Source of the DNA: an uncultured Bacilli bacterium
GTDB lineage: Bacteria; Bacillota_I; Bacilli_A; RF39; UBA660
Direction: 5' to 3'
NCBI GenBank assembly: GCA_947632325.1
Contig: CANROU010000004.1
Coordinates: forward strand, 16,307-80,306
Length of the DNA: 64,000 nucleotides
Positions 36,650-46,055 of this stretch are shown here, one piece after another. The notes under the pieces are model-generated. The model saw only the letters and a list, made by a program, of their open reading frames with translations. It was not told where the DNA came from and searched no databases. Numbering within the stretch: the first letter of the stretch is position 1; each line of letters starts with the position of its first letter. The position numbers were made by a program, and so were the translations under genes.

Positions 36650-39193
36650 ATGAAGTTAACTGATGTTGATCAACAAAAATTAAGTCCTATGATGAGACAA
36701 TATGTAGAAATCAAAAAACAATATATGGATAGTATCGTTTTTTTTCGATTAGGTGATTTTTATGAAATGTTTTTTGAAGATGCCCTAACATGTAGTAAAG
36801 AATTAGAATTAACCCTAACTGGCAAATCAGCTGGTTTAACCGAAAGAGTTCCCATGTGTGGTATTCCTTACCATGCTTATCAAAGTTATTTAGATAAATT
36901 AATCACCAAAGGATACAAAGTGGCTATTTGTGAACAAACTAGTGATCCTAAAGAAAAAGGAATGGTAGAGCGAGAAGTAATTCAAGTAATCACCAAAGGA
37001 ACCAGAATAGGCGAAGGATTAGATGCTAAAGACAATAACTATATATGTAATATTTATGATTTTGAATACTGTTATGGTCTTAGCTATACTGATATTTCAA
37101 CAGGACAATTTTATGTAGAAATATTAGAAAATGATGATGAACAATTAATTAGGGAAGTAGTAAAAAGAGAAGTTCAAGAAATTATTGTTAATAGTAAAAT
37201 AAATAGGTTTTTAATCAACCATTTTCGTAACAAAGAACATATTTTAGTAACCATCCAGGATGAAATACTTGAAAATAATGTTTATGATTATATATATGAA
37301 AATATTAAAGACATCCGTTTAGTTACCACTATTAAACATTTACTTTATTATTTAAATAATACTAAAATGACCCTTTTATCCCACTTACAAACTGCCCAAA
37401 TAATAGAAAAAAATCAATATTTAGCACTAGATATTTATACTAAGAAAAATTTGGAATTATGTGAGACCATTCGTCTTAAAGAAAGAACGTACTCTCTATT
37501 ATGGCTTCTTGATAAAAATAAAACCGCCATGGGTAGTAGATTATTAAAATATAATATTGAAAATCCCTTAAGAGATATTAAAAAAATAACTAATCGCTAT
37601 GACATGATCGATAAATTACGTACAGAATTTATCTTAAGAGAAGAATTGATTGATTTATTAAATTCTGTATATGATCTAGAAAGATTAGCTGGAAAAGTTA
37701 GTTATGGTAATGTCAATGCTCGTGATTTACTACAATTAAAAAATTCACTTAAAGTATTACCTAATATTAACAATATATTAAAACAATTAGAATTTAAGCA
37801 TATACTCCCTTCCTTTGATGATATTTATGATCTATTAGAAAAAGCTATATATCAAGATCCCCCAATAAGTATCAAGGAAGGCTCATTAATTAAAGAAGGT
37901 TATAATAAAGAGTTAGATGAATTGAAAAAATTACGTAGTGGTTCAAAAGAATGGATCCTAAAATTAGAAAAAGAAGAAAAAGAACGCACTGGTATTAAAA
38001 ATTTAAAAATCGGTTTTAATAAAGTTTTTGGTTATTATATTGAGGTTAGTAAAGGATCTTTATCATTAATGAAAGATGAATATGGTTATGAAAGAAAACA
38101 AACACTAGCTAATTGTGAAAGATATACTAATAATTTATTAAAAGAAAAAGAAAATATAATATTAGGTGCTGAAGAAAAAATTATAGAATTAGAATATCAA
38201 TTATTTATAGAAATTAAAGATATTATAAAAGAACATATTCCTAAATTACAACTTGCTTCTAAAATTATCGCCGAAATTGATCTCTTACAGTCTTTTGCTA
38301 CTATTGCTGAACAAAATAATTATGTAAGACCTATCATTACTAAGGATAGGAATATTGACATAATTGATAGTCGACATCCTGTAATTGAAAAAGTAAGTCA
38401 AAATGATTATGTTCCCAATGATATCAAAATGAATGCTGATACATTTATTTTACTTATCACTGGCCCAAATATGGCAGGGAAGTCTACTTATATGCGTCAA
38501 TTAGCTATCATCGTTATAATGGCTCAAATAGGTTGTTTTGTTCCCGCTAAAAGTTGTCATATTCCACTTTTTGACAAAATATTTACTCGTATTGGCGCTA
38601 GTGACGATTTAGTTAGCGGAGAGTCTACATTTATGGTAGAAATGAAGGAAGCCAATCGAGCCTTGGAAGAAGCTACAGCTAATAGTTTAATTTTATTTGA
38701 TGAATTAGGTCGAGGGACAGCTACTTACGATGGTATGTCATTAGCTCAAGCTATTTTAGAATATATTCATGATGAAATTCACGCTAAAACATTATTTTCT
38801 ACTCACTATCATGAATTAACTGATTTAGCCAATAAATTACCTCATTTAAAAAATGTTCATGTTAGTGCCATTGAAGAAGAAGGCAATATTACTTTTTTAC
38901 ATAAAATTAAAAATGGAGCAGTTGATAAAAGTTATGGTATTCATGTAGCAAAATTAGCTAAATTACCACCTAAGGTTATAAAACGTTCGCAAGAAATATT
39001 AAATATGTATGAGACCAACAATAAAAAAGAAATTCCTAAATTCTTACAGACAACATTAGAATTAGATAATTCTACACCAAAAATAGAAGAAGAACTAATT
39101 ACAAAAATTAAAAATATTAATCCCTTAGAAATGACACCTATCATGGCTCTTAATTTCATATCACAATTACATGATGAAGCAAACAAAAAATGA
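36650..39193 (+). CDS. mutS: DNA mismatch repair protein MutS
   Basis: LSPMMRQYVEIKKQY...FFRLGDFYEMFFEDA N-domain. Walker A GPNMAGKST. The ATG at 36650 follows GGTGAG. Confidence 0.95.
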   Translation: MKLTDVDQQKLSPMMRQYVEIKKQYMDSIVFFRLGDFYEMFFEDALTCSKELELTLTGKSAGLTERVPMCGIPYHAYQSYLDKLITKGYKVAICEQTSDPKEKGMVEREVIQVITKGTRIGEGLDAKDNNYICNIYDFEYCYGLSYTDISTGQFYVEILENDDEQLIREVVKREVQEIIVNSKINRFLINHFRNKEHILVTIQDEILENNVYDYIYENIKDIRLVTTIKHLLYYLNNTKMTLLSHLQTAQIIEKNQYLALDIYTKKNLELCETIRLKERTYSLLWLLDKNKTAMGSRLLKYNIENPLRDIKKITNRYDMIDKLRTEFILREELIDLLNSVYDLERLAGKVSYGNVNARDLLQLKNSLKVLPNINNILKQLEFKHILPSFDDIYDLLEKAIYQDPPISIKEGSLIKEGYNKELDELKKLRSGSKEWILKLEKEEKERTGIKNLKIGFNKVFGYYIEVSKGSLSLMKDEYGYERKQTLANCERYTNNLLKEKENIILGAEEKIIELEYQLFIEIKDIIKEHIPKLQLASKIIAEIDLLQSFATIAEQNNYVRPIITKDRNIDIIDSRHPVIEKVSQNDYVPNDIKMNADTFILLITGPNMAGKSTYMRQLAIIVIMAQIGCFVPAKSCHIPLFDKIFTRIGASDDLVSGESTFMVEMKEANRALEEATANSLILFDELGRGTATYDGMSLAQAILEYIHDEIHAKTLFSTHYHELTDLANKLPHLKNVHVSAIEEEGNITFLHKIKNGAVDKSYGIHVAKLAKLPPKVIKRSQEILNMYETNNKKEIPKFLQTTLELDNSTPKIEEELITKIKNINPLEMTPIMALNFISQLHDEANKK

Positions 39194-39245
39194 TAAAGCT
39201 TTGTTTTTTAGGAAAGTTATGTTACAATTTTAAATAGGTGATAAC

Positions 39246-39653
39246 ATGAAAAATCGTAGTGAATTAAGAGAAATTGTTATGAAAATTTTATATCAAATTG
39301 CTATTTATCAAGAAAGTGATATTACTTATAATCTTGATGATTTAATAAAAGAACAAATGGAAATTGATAATAGTTTTGTTAAAGATTTAGTAACAGGCAT
39401 TATAAGAGAAAAAAGTAATTTACAAAAAATAGCCAATCGTTATTTAATTAATTGGCAAATAGAACGTTTAAACAAAGTTGATCAAGCTATTTTAAACATA
39501 GGCATTTATGAGTTATTATATACCAATACGCCAAGTATTGTAGCTATTAATGAAGCGATTGAACTTTCAAAAAAATATAGTGATGAAAAAGTTAGTAAGA
39601 TGATTAATGCAACATTAGATAAAATTTTTCATGAGGAAAAAGATCATGAATAA
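39246..39653 (+). CDS. nusB: Transcription antitermination factor NusB
   Basis: Size and pattern fit (REIVMKILYQ..., INEAIELSKKY). Confidence 0.88.
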   Translation: MKNRSELREIVMKILYQIAIYQESDITYNLDDLIKEQMEIDNSFVKDLVTGIIREKSNLQKIANRYLINWQIERLNKVDQAILNIGIYELLYTNTPSIVAINEAIELSKKYSDEKVSKMINATLDKIFHEEKDHE

Positions 39654-40902
39654 TAAATATATTACAGTTACCCAATTAACTCGGTACATTAAATATCAAT
39701 TCGAACAAGATCCAAATTTAAATGAGATATTTTTGAAAGGGGAAATTTCTAATTTTAAAGCTCATAGTAGGGGACATTACTATTTTACTATTAAAGATGA
39801 AAATTCCAGAATAAACGCCATTATGTTTAAAACTAATGTTAATAAACTTAAATTTATCCCTACAGAAGGGATGAAAGTATTAGTAACCGGTCAAGTACGT
39901 GTATATGAAGCAACTGGTGCTTATCAAATATATGTTAATGAGATGATTGAAGATGGAATTGGTAATTTATATGTAGCATACGAACAACTAAAAAAGAAGC
40001 TACAAGATGAAGGTTTATTTGATGAACATCATAAACAAAAAATACCCCGTATTCCTAATACCGTTGGTATTATAACAGCTCCAACAGGAGCAGCTATTAA
40101 AGATATATTATCAACCATAAAAAGACGTTGGCCTTTAGCAAAAACTATTTTATTTCCTAGCTTAGTTCAAGGAGAAGATGCCAAAGAAAATATTGTAAAA
40201 CAAATAAATGTAGCCCAAGAATATCCCATTGATGTATTAATTATAGGTCGGGGTGGAGGAAGTATAGAGGATTTATGGCCATTTAATGAAGAAATAGTCG
40301 CACGAGCTATTTACGAGTGCGCTATTCCCATTATTAGTGCTGTAGGGCATGAAATTGATTTTACAATTAGTGATTTTGTAGCCGATCTAAGAGCTCCAAC
40401 ACCAACAGCGGCTGCTGAATTAGCAGTACCTAATAAAAATGATGTCATAACATATCTTAATCAATTAAAAATTAGATCTAATCAAGTTATGAAAAAACAA
40501 CTTACTAGCGCTAAACATGATCTTGAACAATTGATGAAAAGATCTATTTGGCAAAATCCTTTACTTCTTTATGAAGCCAAAGAGCAACAATTTGATTATT
40601 TATTAGATAGATTAGCTAAAAGTATTACTATCTTATTAGAAAGATATCAAAATAAATTTACAACTATTACTTCCCACGCCTTATTTAAAAATCCTAAACG
40701 TTTTATTTTAGAAAATAATACTAATCGCTATTTACAAATAATTGCAAAATTAGAGGTATTAAATCCACTATTAACGCTTAAAAGAGGTTATACTATTATA
40801 AAAAGAGAAGAAGAAGTAATTACTACTAGCAAAATGTTAAAAAAACAAGATAAAATTGATATCGTTCTTAATGATGGAACAGTTAAAGCTGAAATATTAT
40901 AG
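39646..40902 (+). CDS. xseA: Exodeoxyribonuclease VII large subunit
   Basis: VTQLTRYIKYQFE..., OB fold, GRGGGSIEDLWPFNEE. The ATG at 39646 overlaps the nusB end. Confidence 0.93.
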   Translation: MNNKYITVTQLTRYIKYQFEQDPNLNEIFLKGEISNFKAHSRGHYYFTIKDENSRINAIMFKTNVNKLKFIPTEGMKVLVTGQVRVYEATGAYQIYVNEMIEDGIGNLYVAYEQLKKKLQDEGLFDEHHKQKIPRIPNTVGIITAPTGAAIKDILSTIKRRWPLAKTILFPSLVQGEDAKENIVKQINVAQEYPIDVLIIGRGGGSIEDLWPFNEEIVARAIYECAIPIISAVGHEIDFTISDFVADLRAPTPTAAAELAVPNKNDVITYLNQLKIRSNQVMKKQLTSAKHDLEQLMKRSIWQNPLLLYEAKEQQFDYLLDRLAKSITILLERYQNKFTTITSHALFKNPKRFILENNTNRYLQIIAKLEVLNPLLTLKRGYTIIKREEEVITTSKMLKKQDKIDIVLNDGTVKAEIL

Positions 40903-40910
40903 GAGGAAAC

Positions 40911-41141
40911 ATGGAAAAAGAAAAAAAAGAAACTAGTTTCGAAGAAAATTTAAGTAAATTAGAAGAAATTGTTAAAAACTTAGAAAGTGGGAATATTCCT
41001 TTAGATGAGGCTATTCAAAAATTTAATGAAGCTATGAATTTGGCCAAAATTTGCGATGATAAACTTAAAAAGGCCGAGGAGTCTGTTAATCAAATTCTAA
41101 AAGACGACGGAGGCTTAGAAAATTTCCAAATCGAAGAATAG
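40911..41141 (+). CDS. xseB: Exodeoxyribonuclease VII small subunit
   Basis: SFEENLSKLEEIVKNLESGNIPLDEAI is a typical XseB. Confidence 0.93.
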   Translation: MEKEKKETSFEENLSKLEEIVKNLESGNIPLDEAIQKFNEAMNLAKICDDKLKKAEESVNQILKDDGGLENFQIEE

Positions 41142-41157
41142 TAAATATAGTAAGTAT

Positions 41158-41180
41158 AAAAGTGGGACTATCCCACTTTT
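41158..41180. terminator. Bidirectional terminator hairpin between xseB and spoIVB
   Basis: AAAAGTGGGA-cta-TCCCACTTTT, a perfect 10-bp stem overlapping the spoIVB stop. Confidence 0.75.
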
Positions 41181-42177
41181 ATTGTTCTCCTTCTTCTAAC
41201 ATCTTTGTAATAAAGATACCATATCCCTTAGTACTATCATTGACGATAACATGCGTAACTGCACCAATTAGTTTGTTATCTTGCAGTATTGGTGAACCAC
41301 TCATACCTTGAACAACACCACCAGTTTCAGCTAACAAATTTTCATCTGTAATTTCAAATAAAATATTTTTCATTTGATTTTGTTTATCTATTTTAATAAT
41401 ATTAATGGCAAAAGATTCCACTACATTATCTTTAATAGATGTTTGCATAATAGCTGGACCAGTTTTAATTTCATTAATATCTTTAGCTACTTTATATAAT
41501 TTTTTATTTGGTAAAGTATCAGTATAGGTACCAAATATTCCTGAATTTTCATTTTCGCTTATATCTCCATAAATATCTTCTTTGAAAAATTGCGCCTTTT
41601 TTTCACCTGGGGAACCATTATTACTACGCTCGATATCTGTAACTGTTGCCTTAAAAATCTTGCCATCTTTTATTTCAAATTTTAGTCCTGTAGATTTTTC
41701 CATAATTTCATGTCCTAAACCGCCAAAAATTTTTGTTTCAGGATCGATATAAGTTAAGGTGCCTATACCATTGATTTGATCTTTTACATAAAGGCCTGTC
41801 TTATATATGTTATTTTCATCTTTCGTTAAGGTCAAGCTGAGTGTTTTTTCTTTATTATCCCGCATTATTCCTACTTCAATTGTTGATGTTTCATTAATAT
41901 TATCATTAATTAAATTGGCCATTTCTTGAATATTATTTACGGTTTGATTGTTAATACTTACAATTTTATCACCAATTACAAAACCTGAATCTTTACCAAT
42001 TAATTGATTATTTACCTCATAAAAACCAACAATTAAAATACCATTAGAATTGACTTGAATCCCAATGTTTTCTCCTCCAGGAATAACATAATCAGAATAA
42101 GCAAAGACATTAAAGGGTAATATCAATAATGATATTAAACCAATAAAGAGAACATGTAGTTTGTTTTTAAAATTCAT
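41179..42177 (-). CDS. spoIVB: SpoIVB peptidase (S55 family, PDZ plus serine peptidase)
   Basis: Signal anchor and PDZ domain (GDKIVSINNQTV), then GIGTLTYIDPETKIFGGLGHEI and GMSGSPI catalytic motifs. Confidence 0.88.
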   Translation of the reverse strand: MNFKNKLHVLFIGLISLLILPFNVFAYSDYVIPGGENIGIQVNSNGILIVGFYEVNNQLIGKDSGFVIGDKIVSINNQTVNNIQEMANLINDNINETSTIEVGIMRDNKEKTLSLTLTKDENNIYKTGLYVKDQINGIGTLTYIDPETKIFGGLGHEIMEKSTGLKFEIKDGKIFKATVTDIERSNNGSPGEKKAQFFKEDIYGDISENENSGIFGTYTDTLPNKKLYKVAKDINEIKTGPAIMQTSIKDNVVESFAINIIKIDKQNQMKNILFEITDENLLAETGGVVQGMSGSPILQDNKLIGAVTHVIVNDSTKGYGIFITKMLEEGEQ

Positions 42178-42377
42178 GAATTCATCTCCTTTTAAAATCC
42201 AGACTACATTATTATTATGAGCGACATTTTAATTATTATTGTTTAAATATTTTCCAGAACTACTATATTTTGGTTAGTTAATTCCAAATATTTTTTTTAA
42301 TTATGGTTATAATAAAATAATAAATTTGAAAAAATAATAATTTATGTTATAATCAAAATATAGTACGGAGGTGTAAA

Positions 42378-42713
42378 ATGGACAGTAAAGAAGAAAATAT
42401 GATAGAACAGACCGATAATAGTTTTAAAGAAGATATGGAAAAACATTCGGGAAAAGTTGGTTCTGTTATTGCCATAATAATTATTGTCATATTAATATTA
42501 TTAGTCATTTCCCAAATTATATTAGGAGTAATTAATTTAAATCGTATTTATCAACATGAAAAACCATATTTTTTGGTAGATAAAAAAACTAATGAAAATA
42601 CTGATAATAACGAAGTAACAGATATTTATTATTTTGGTGTATACAAAATTATTTTAAAAGAAAATACTACTACTAAAACAGCTTCTTTAAGACCATGGTT
42701 TTTTAAAGAATAA
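42378..42713 (+). CDS. Hypothetical single-TM protein
   Basis: ORF with GGAGGTG RBS and one central TM helix. No family was recognised. Confidence 0.55.
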   Translation: MDSKEENMIEQTDNSFKEDMEKHSGKVGSVIAIIIIVILILLVISQIILGVINLNRIYQHEKPYFLVDKKTNENTDNNEVTDIYYFGVYKIILKENTTTKTASLRPWFFKE

Positions 42714-42754
42714 GGTTATAAATTTAATTTGATTAACATATAATATAGTAAATA

Positions 42755-42783
42755 TTGACAAAATCAATAAAATATGTTAAAAT
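42755..42783 (+). promoter_or_regulatory. Consensus sigma-A promoter driving the large ncRNA
   Basis: TTGACA (42755-42760), 17-nt spacer, TGtTAAAAT (hexamer 42778-42783). Confidence 0.7.
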
Positions 42784-42789
42784 GATACA

Positions 42790-43377
42790 CGAAATTAGTG
42801 ATGGCACATTATTCTAGTCAATTAATTTATCAGGAAGACGGGGCTAAAAATCCGTTAAAGAGCATATTGTGAAGCGTTTGGTATCTGCTTTTTACGCCCA
42901 GTTTAGGGTGGATGCTGAATGGATAAGAGCATGGGCGCTTGTAATGGCATACAAATAACGACCCATGTTCCCAGATCTAATATTATATATTAGAAAACCT
43001 ATGTTATAATCGTGTTATGCATAGTGTAGCTTGTCTTGAGTGAGGATGTTGGGATATTTGTCCACCCTGTGATTGAATAGCTAACAATTATTGGGCATTG
43101 CAAATTGAAATCATACTTGCAAAAAAGAATTACTGATGAATATTGGTGAGGAAAACTCCTAGAGTGCATCTTATAGTGGGATTGCAGTGTGTACTAAGTG
43201 GCAATCAAGTCGTGCATTGGGTGACTATGCATTTGTTCTTGTAAAAGGGGAACCGCTTCTTTGGTAACAGGGAAGAGAAGAACAAGGGAAAGCCAACTTG
43301 ACCTAAGACACAAAGTTTACTATTATAAGGCCATTACAATTTAAAAGCAGAACTATAATAGTAATAGTTCTTTTTTT
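42790..43377 (+). ncRNA. Large structured ncRNA (~590 nt), most likely OLE (ornate, large, extremophilic) RNA
   Basis: The track shows no ORF on either strand across 42714-43420. The region is visibly GC-enriched relative to its neighbours. Complementary segments visible by eye: GGGTGGA 42906-12 with TCCACCC 43061-67; GAGCATGGG 42927-35 with CCCATGTTC 42962-70; GATTGC 43180-85 with GCAATC 43201-06; TTGTTCTT 43233-40 with AAGAACAA 43278-85. It ends in the terminator AGAACTAT/ATAGTTCT plus T7 (43349-43377). A 4-TM protein gene follows, and nusB-xseA-xseB lie upstream. Confidence 0.6.
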
Positions 43378-43439
43378 ATAATTTTGACTCTAGACATAAT
43401 GTAGGAGGTTAGTTATAATATTAAATAATGAGGTGAGAC

Positions 43440-44000
43440 ATGAAAATAAAAAAAGAGCGAACTAAACGTTCAACTTCTTCTAATTGGGTATTTAAAATTA
43501 CTATAATAGCTTTCCTACTATCTTTAATATTCTCGTTTTTAGCTGAAACGGTTCTACCTAATGTACCTGTTATTTTAGAACTTATCTTATTATTAGTAGT
43601 TATTGGACTAGGAATCATTTTCGATATGATTGGTATTGCTGTTGCTACAGCTAATGAGAGAGTTTTTCATTCGATGAGTTCTAAGGGATTAAAAGAAGCT
43701 AAAGTATCAGTAATGCTTAAAAAAAACGCTGATAAAACGGCTTCATTTTGTAATGATGTAATTGGTGATGTTTGTGGTATCATATCTGGATCCGCCGGTG
43801 CTATTATTGCTGTTTCCATAAGTAACAAAATAACTGCTATTACCAGTTTTACCATTACTTTAACCATCACAGCTATAATTGCAGCCATTACCATTGGTGG
43901 TAAAGCAATGTGCAAAACTATTGCTATGGAAAAAAGCGAAGAAATAGTTAAAAAATTCAGTAAAATTATTAGTATTTTTTATGCCCCCAAAAATAACTAA
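43440..44000 (+). CDS. oapA: Four-TM membrane protein, candidate OLE-associated protein OapA
   Basis: 186 aa with a basic N-terminus, four predicted TM helices and a duplicated acidic motif (FDMIGIAVA and NDVIGDVCGIISG). It lies directly downstream of the ncRNA. ATGAGGTGAGAC RBS. Confidence 0.5.
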   Translation: MKIKKERTKRSTSSNWVFKITIIAFLLSLIFSFLAETVLPNVPVILELILLLVVIGLGIIFDMIGIAVATANERVFHSMSSKGLKEAKVSVMLKKNADKTASFCNDVIGDVCGIISGSAGAIIAVSISNKITAITSFTITLTITAIIAAITIGGKAMCKTIAMEKSEEIVKKFSKIISIFYAPKNN

Positions 44001-44003
44001 AAA

Positions 44004-44037
44004 AAATAAATCTACTAATTAGATTTATTTTTTTTTT
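44004..44037. terminator. Bidirectional terminator after oapA
   Basis: AAATAAATCTA-ctaat-TAGATTTATTT followed by a T-run, with an A-run on the other side. Confidence 0.75.
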
Positions 44038-44128
44038 ACATAAAGTAAGCTACAATCGAAATTACAATGGATGCTACCATTATCAATGTTAAAAAAAGAG
44101 CTACTCCTTTTATAATTTTTTGATTCAT
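44036..44128 (-). CDS. 30-aa hydrophobic peptide (below the ORF-track cut-off)
   Basis: Minus-strand translation is MNQKIIKGVALFLTLIMVASIVISIVAYFM. GAGGTG lies 6 nt upstream of the ATG. It ends at the shared terminator. Confidence 0.4.
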   Translation of the reverse strand: MNQKIIKGVALFLTLIMVASIVISIVAYFM

Positions 44129-44233
44129 TTCATACACCTCACTATTATTATAATTTAATATGCAAAAAAAGTAAAATAAAAGGTTGCATTATTTCCCTAA
44201 ATAGATAATACGATGTATTAGGAAGGTGAAATA

Positions 44234-44860
44234 ATGAATATAACAATAAATAAAGCAAAAGCATCTATTTTAAGACAAAAGAAAATTTATTTAGCACTGA
44301 TTATATTAGTAATTATTGGCATTATCTGTGGTGCTGTTTTTACAACTATTATCACTGATATTGATAAAAATTTAGTCAAAGAACAATTAAGTCAATTTTT
44401 TAATCAAATTAAAATAAGTAATATTAACTATAATAAAGCTATAGTAAATAGTATTGCTTCTAATTTAATATATTCCTTTGGTATTTGGTTATTAGGTATA
44501 TCTATTATTGGATTACCTCTTATCATCTTTTTTCTTTTTATGAAAGGCTTTATTGTAGGTTTCGCTGGTTCATCTATTATATCCTTTTATGGTCTAAAGG
44601 GTATTATTGGAGCCTTTACTTATATTTTCCCACATCATTTAATATCATTAGCTATTAGCATCTTACTATCATTTTATGCTATATCTTTTTCTAATAAATT
44701 ATTTTCTTACTTATTTTTAAAAAAAGAAATAAATTTTAAACATGTAATGCACCGTTATATTAAAATATTAATTATTAGTATCATTGGATTGCTACTATGT
44801 TCGCTATTTGAAGTTTATCTTTCTCCTTTTCTAATTAAGTTTTTTACGAATATGATTTAA
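44234..44860 (+). CDS. spoIIM: Stage II sporulation protein M
   Basis: About 208 aa with the SpoIIM topology and pattern (N-terminal TM, then GISIIGLPLIIFFLFMKGFIVGF...). Confidence 0.75.
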   Translation: MNITINKAKASILRQKKIYLALIILVIIGIICGAVFTTIITDIDKNLVKEQLSQFFNQIKISNINYNKAIVNSIASNLIYSFGIWLLGISIIGLPLIIFFLFMKGFIVGFAGSSIISFYGLKGIIGAFTYIFPHHLISLAISILLSFYAISFSNKLFSYLFLKKEINFKHVMHRYIKILIISIIGLLLCSLFEVYLSPFLIKFFTNMI

Positions 44861-44929
44861 TAAAAACATATTAATATGTTTTTATTTTGATTATATTACG
44901 GATAGGAATATAAGTAAAAATTAAAATAA

Positions 44930-44958
44930 TTGACTTTTATAACAAAAAGTGATATAAT
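44930..44958 (+). promoter_or_regulatory. Consensus sigma-A promoter for the lipoprotein gene
   Basis: TTGACT, 17-nt spacer, TGaTATAAT. Confidence 0.7.
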
Positions 44959-44992
44959 ATGCACATGTTTAATGAAGGGGGACAATAAAATT

Positions 44993-45850
44993 ATGAAACT
45001 AAATAGAGAAAATAAGTATAACGGAAAAAGAATATTAAAATCAGCATTTGTCTTAGGAACTACTGCTAGTATCTTATTATCTATGACTGGATGTGGACAA
45101 GAAAATAATAATAGTAATTCTGTTATAGGCAATGTAACTAGTAGTTATGTTGAATCAAGCAATACGGTTGACAAGGACGATAATAGTGATTCTATTATAG
45201 ATAATGTAAATAGTGGTTATATTGAATCAAGTAGTACGGATGCTGTTGAACAAACAAAATCTTATTCAGCAGAAAATATAAGAGTAATAAACGTCTTAGA
45301 TCCTATAACTTCGAAAGAAAAATATTATTTTGTATCTTATAGCTTTTCTATTAATGAAGATGATTGCGACTATGACTATGAATCTCTAAAAAATGAATGT
45401 GAAGGGATAATACATACTGCTGATTTACAAAAATACTTAAACTCTAATACTTCCTATGAATTTTATCATGATACATATAATTCTATTTTTAATGATGGTA
45501 TTTTCCTTATCAACAGTCACTACAGTATAGTATGTGATGATGACAACAAATCAAGCGGATACTTTTTCACACAAGATTTATATACTGATAATGTATACTA
45601 TACTGATGCAACAAAAATCATTGATACTAAAGAAAAGAATTATGTGCGAATGTACTCTTTCTGCGATAATTCACAGAACCATAAAACTTATTATTCAACA
45701 AAAGGGGAGGAATATTTATATTATATTCATTACTCTCCGCTAACTAGTTATGGATATACTGGAGAATTTACTATCGAGGAATTAAAATCAATATATGATC
45801 AATTTAATAATACAAACGAAAAAAAGGTCGTTCTTACAAAAACTAACTAA
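44993..45850 (+). CDS. Hypothetical lipoprotein
   Basis: The ATG at 44993 follows AAGGGGGA. Signal peptide with lipobox LSMTG|C. The track's upstream extension (44930) covers the promoter. Confidence 0.7.
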   Translation: MKLNRENKYNGKRILKSAFVLGTTASILLSMTGCGQENNNSNSVIGNVTSSYVESSNTVDKDDNSDSIIDNVNSGYIESSSTDAVEQTKSYSAENIRVINVLDPITSKEKYYFVSYSFSINEDDCDYDYESLKNECEGIIHTADLQKYLNSNTSYEFYHDTYNSIFNDGIFLINSHYSIVCDDDNKSSGYFFTQDLYTDNVYYTDATKIIDTKEKNYVRMYSFCDNSQNHKTYYSTKGEEYLYYIHYSPLTSYGYTGEFTIEELKSIYDQFNNTNEKKVVLTKTN

Positions 45851-45862
45851 TAATAATGTTAG

Positions 45863-45880
45863 TTTTTTCATTTGGAAAGG
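45863..45880 (+). repeat. Left copy of the 18-nt direct repeat TTTTTTCATTTGGAAAGG
   Basis: Exact match to 54545-54562. Both copies sit immediately after a terminator hairpin. Confidence 0.8.
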
Positions 45881-46055
45881 GAAATATAGTTTATGTAAAT
45901 AAAATTATTACAAAAAAACTTAAATTATGTTATACTTAATAAGTAATACATTTGACACATGTAGTGCTATGCACATAAATCTGATTACAGAGATGTATTT
46001 GGAAAAATGTGATAGTTCTATATGTGTTTTTTATTGCTAAAAGGAGGTGAAGTTT

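Noticed and set aside
42178-42260. Sigma-F/G promoter for spoIVB
   Set aside because: A CATAATA -10-like element exists on the minus strand, but no GnATR -35 lies at 17-18 nt. I cannot support it.
42790-43377. Alternative identities for the large ncRNA: RNase P RNA, tmRNA, SRP/6S RNA, or a long riboswitch leader
   Set aside because: I see no GGAAAGTCC-type P4 element and no tRNA-like end (GGGG...TTCGA...CCA) or tag ORF. It is much longer than SRP or 6S RNA. It has its own terminator before the downstream RBS. These exclusions were made by eye and should be confirmed with covariance models.
44186-44214. Sigma-E-like promoter for spoIIM (GCATTAT-N14-AATACGAT)
   Set aside because: It is only a partial match and would place the transcription start on top of the RBS. 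Such matches arise by chance in AT-rich DNA.
44896-45132. 78-aa minus-strand ORF over the lipoprotein promoter and 5' end
   Set aside because: It covers a consensus TTGACT-17-TATAAT promoter and is antisense to the lipoprotein signal peptide. No RBS.
45851-46055. Possible riboswitch or leader upstream of the DUF2798-like gene
   Set aside because: It contains a TTGACA-17-ATAAAT promoter and a ~70-nt UTR, but I could not fold a convincing aptamer or terminator or recognise any known riboswitch core.
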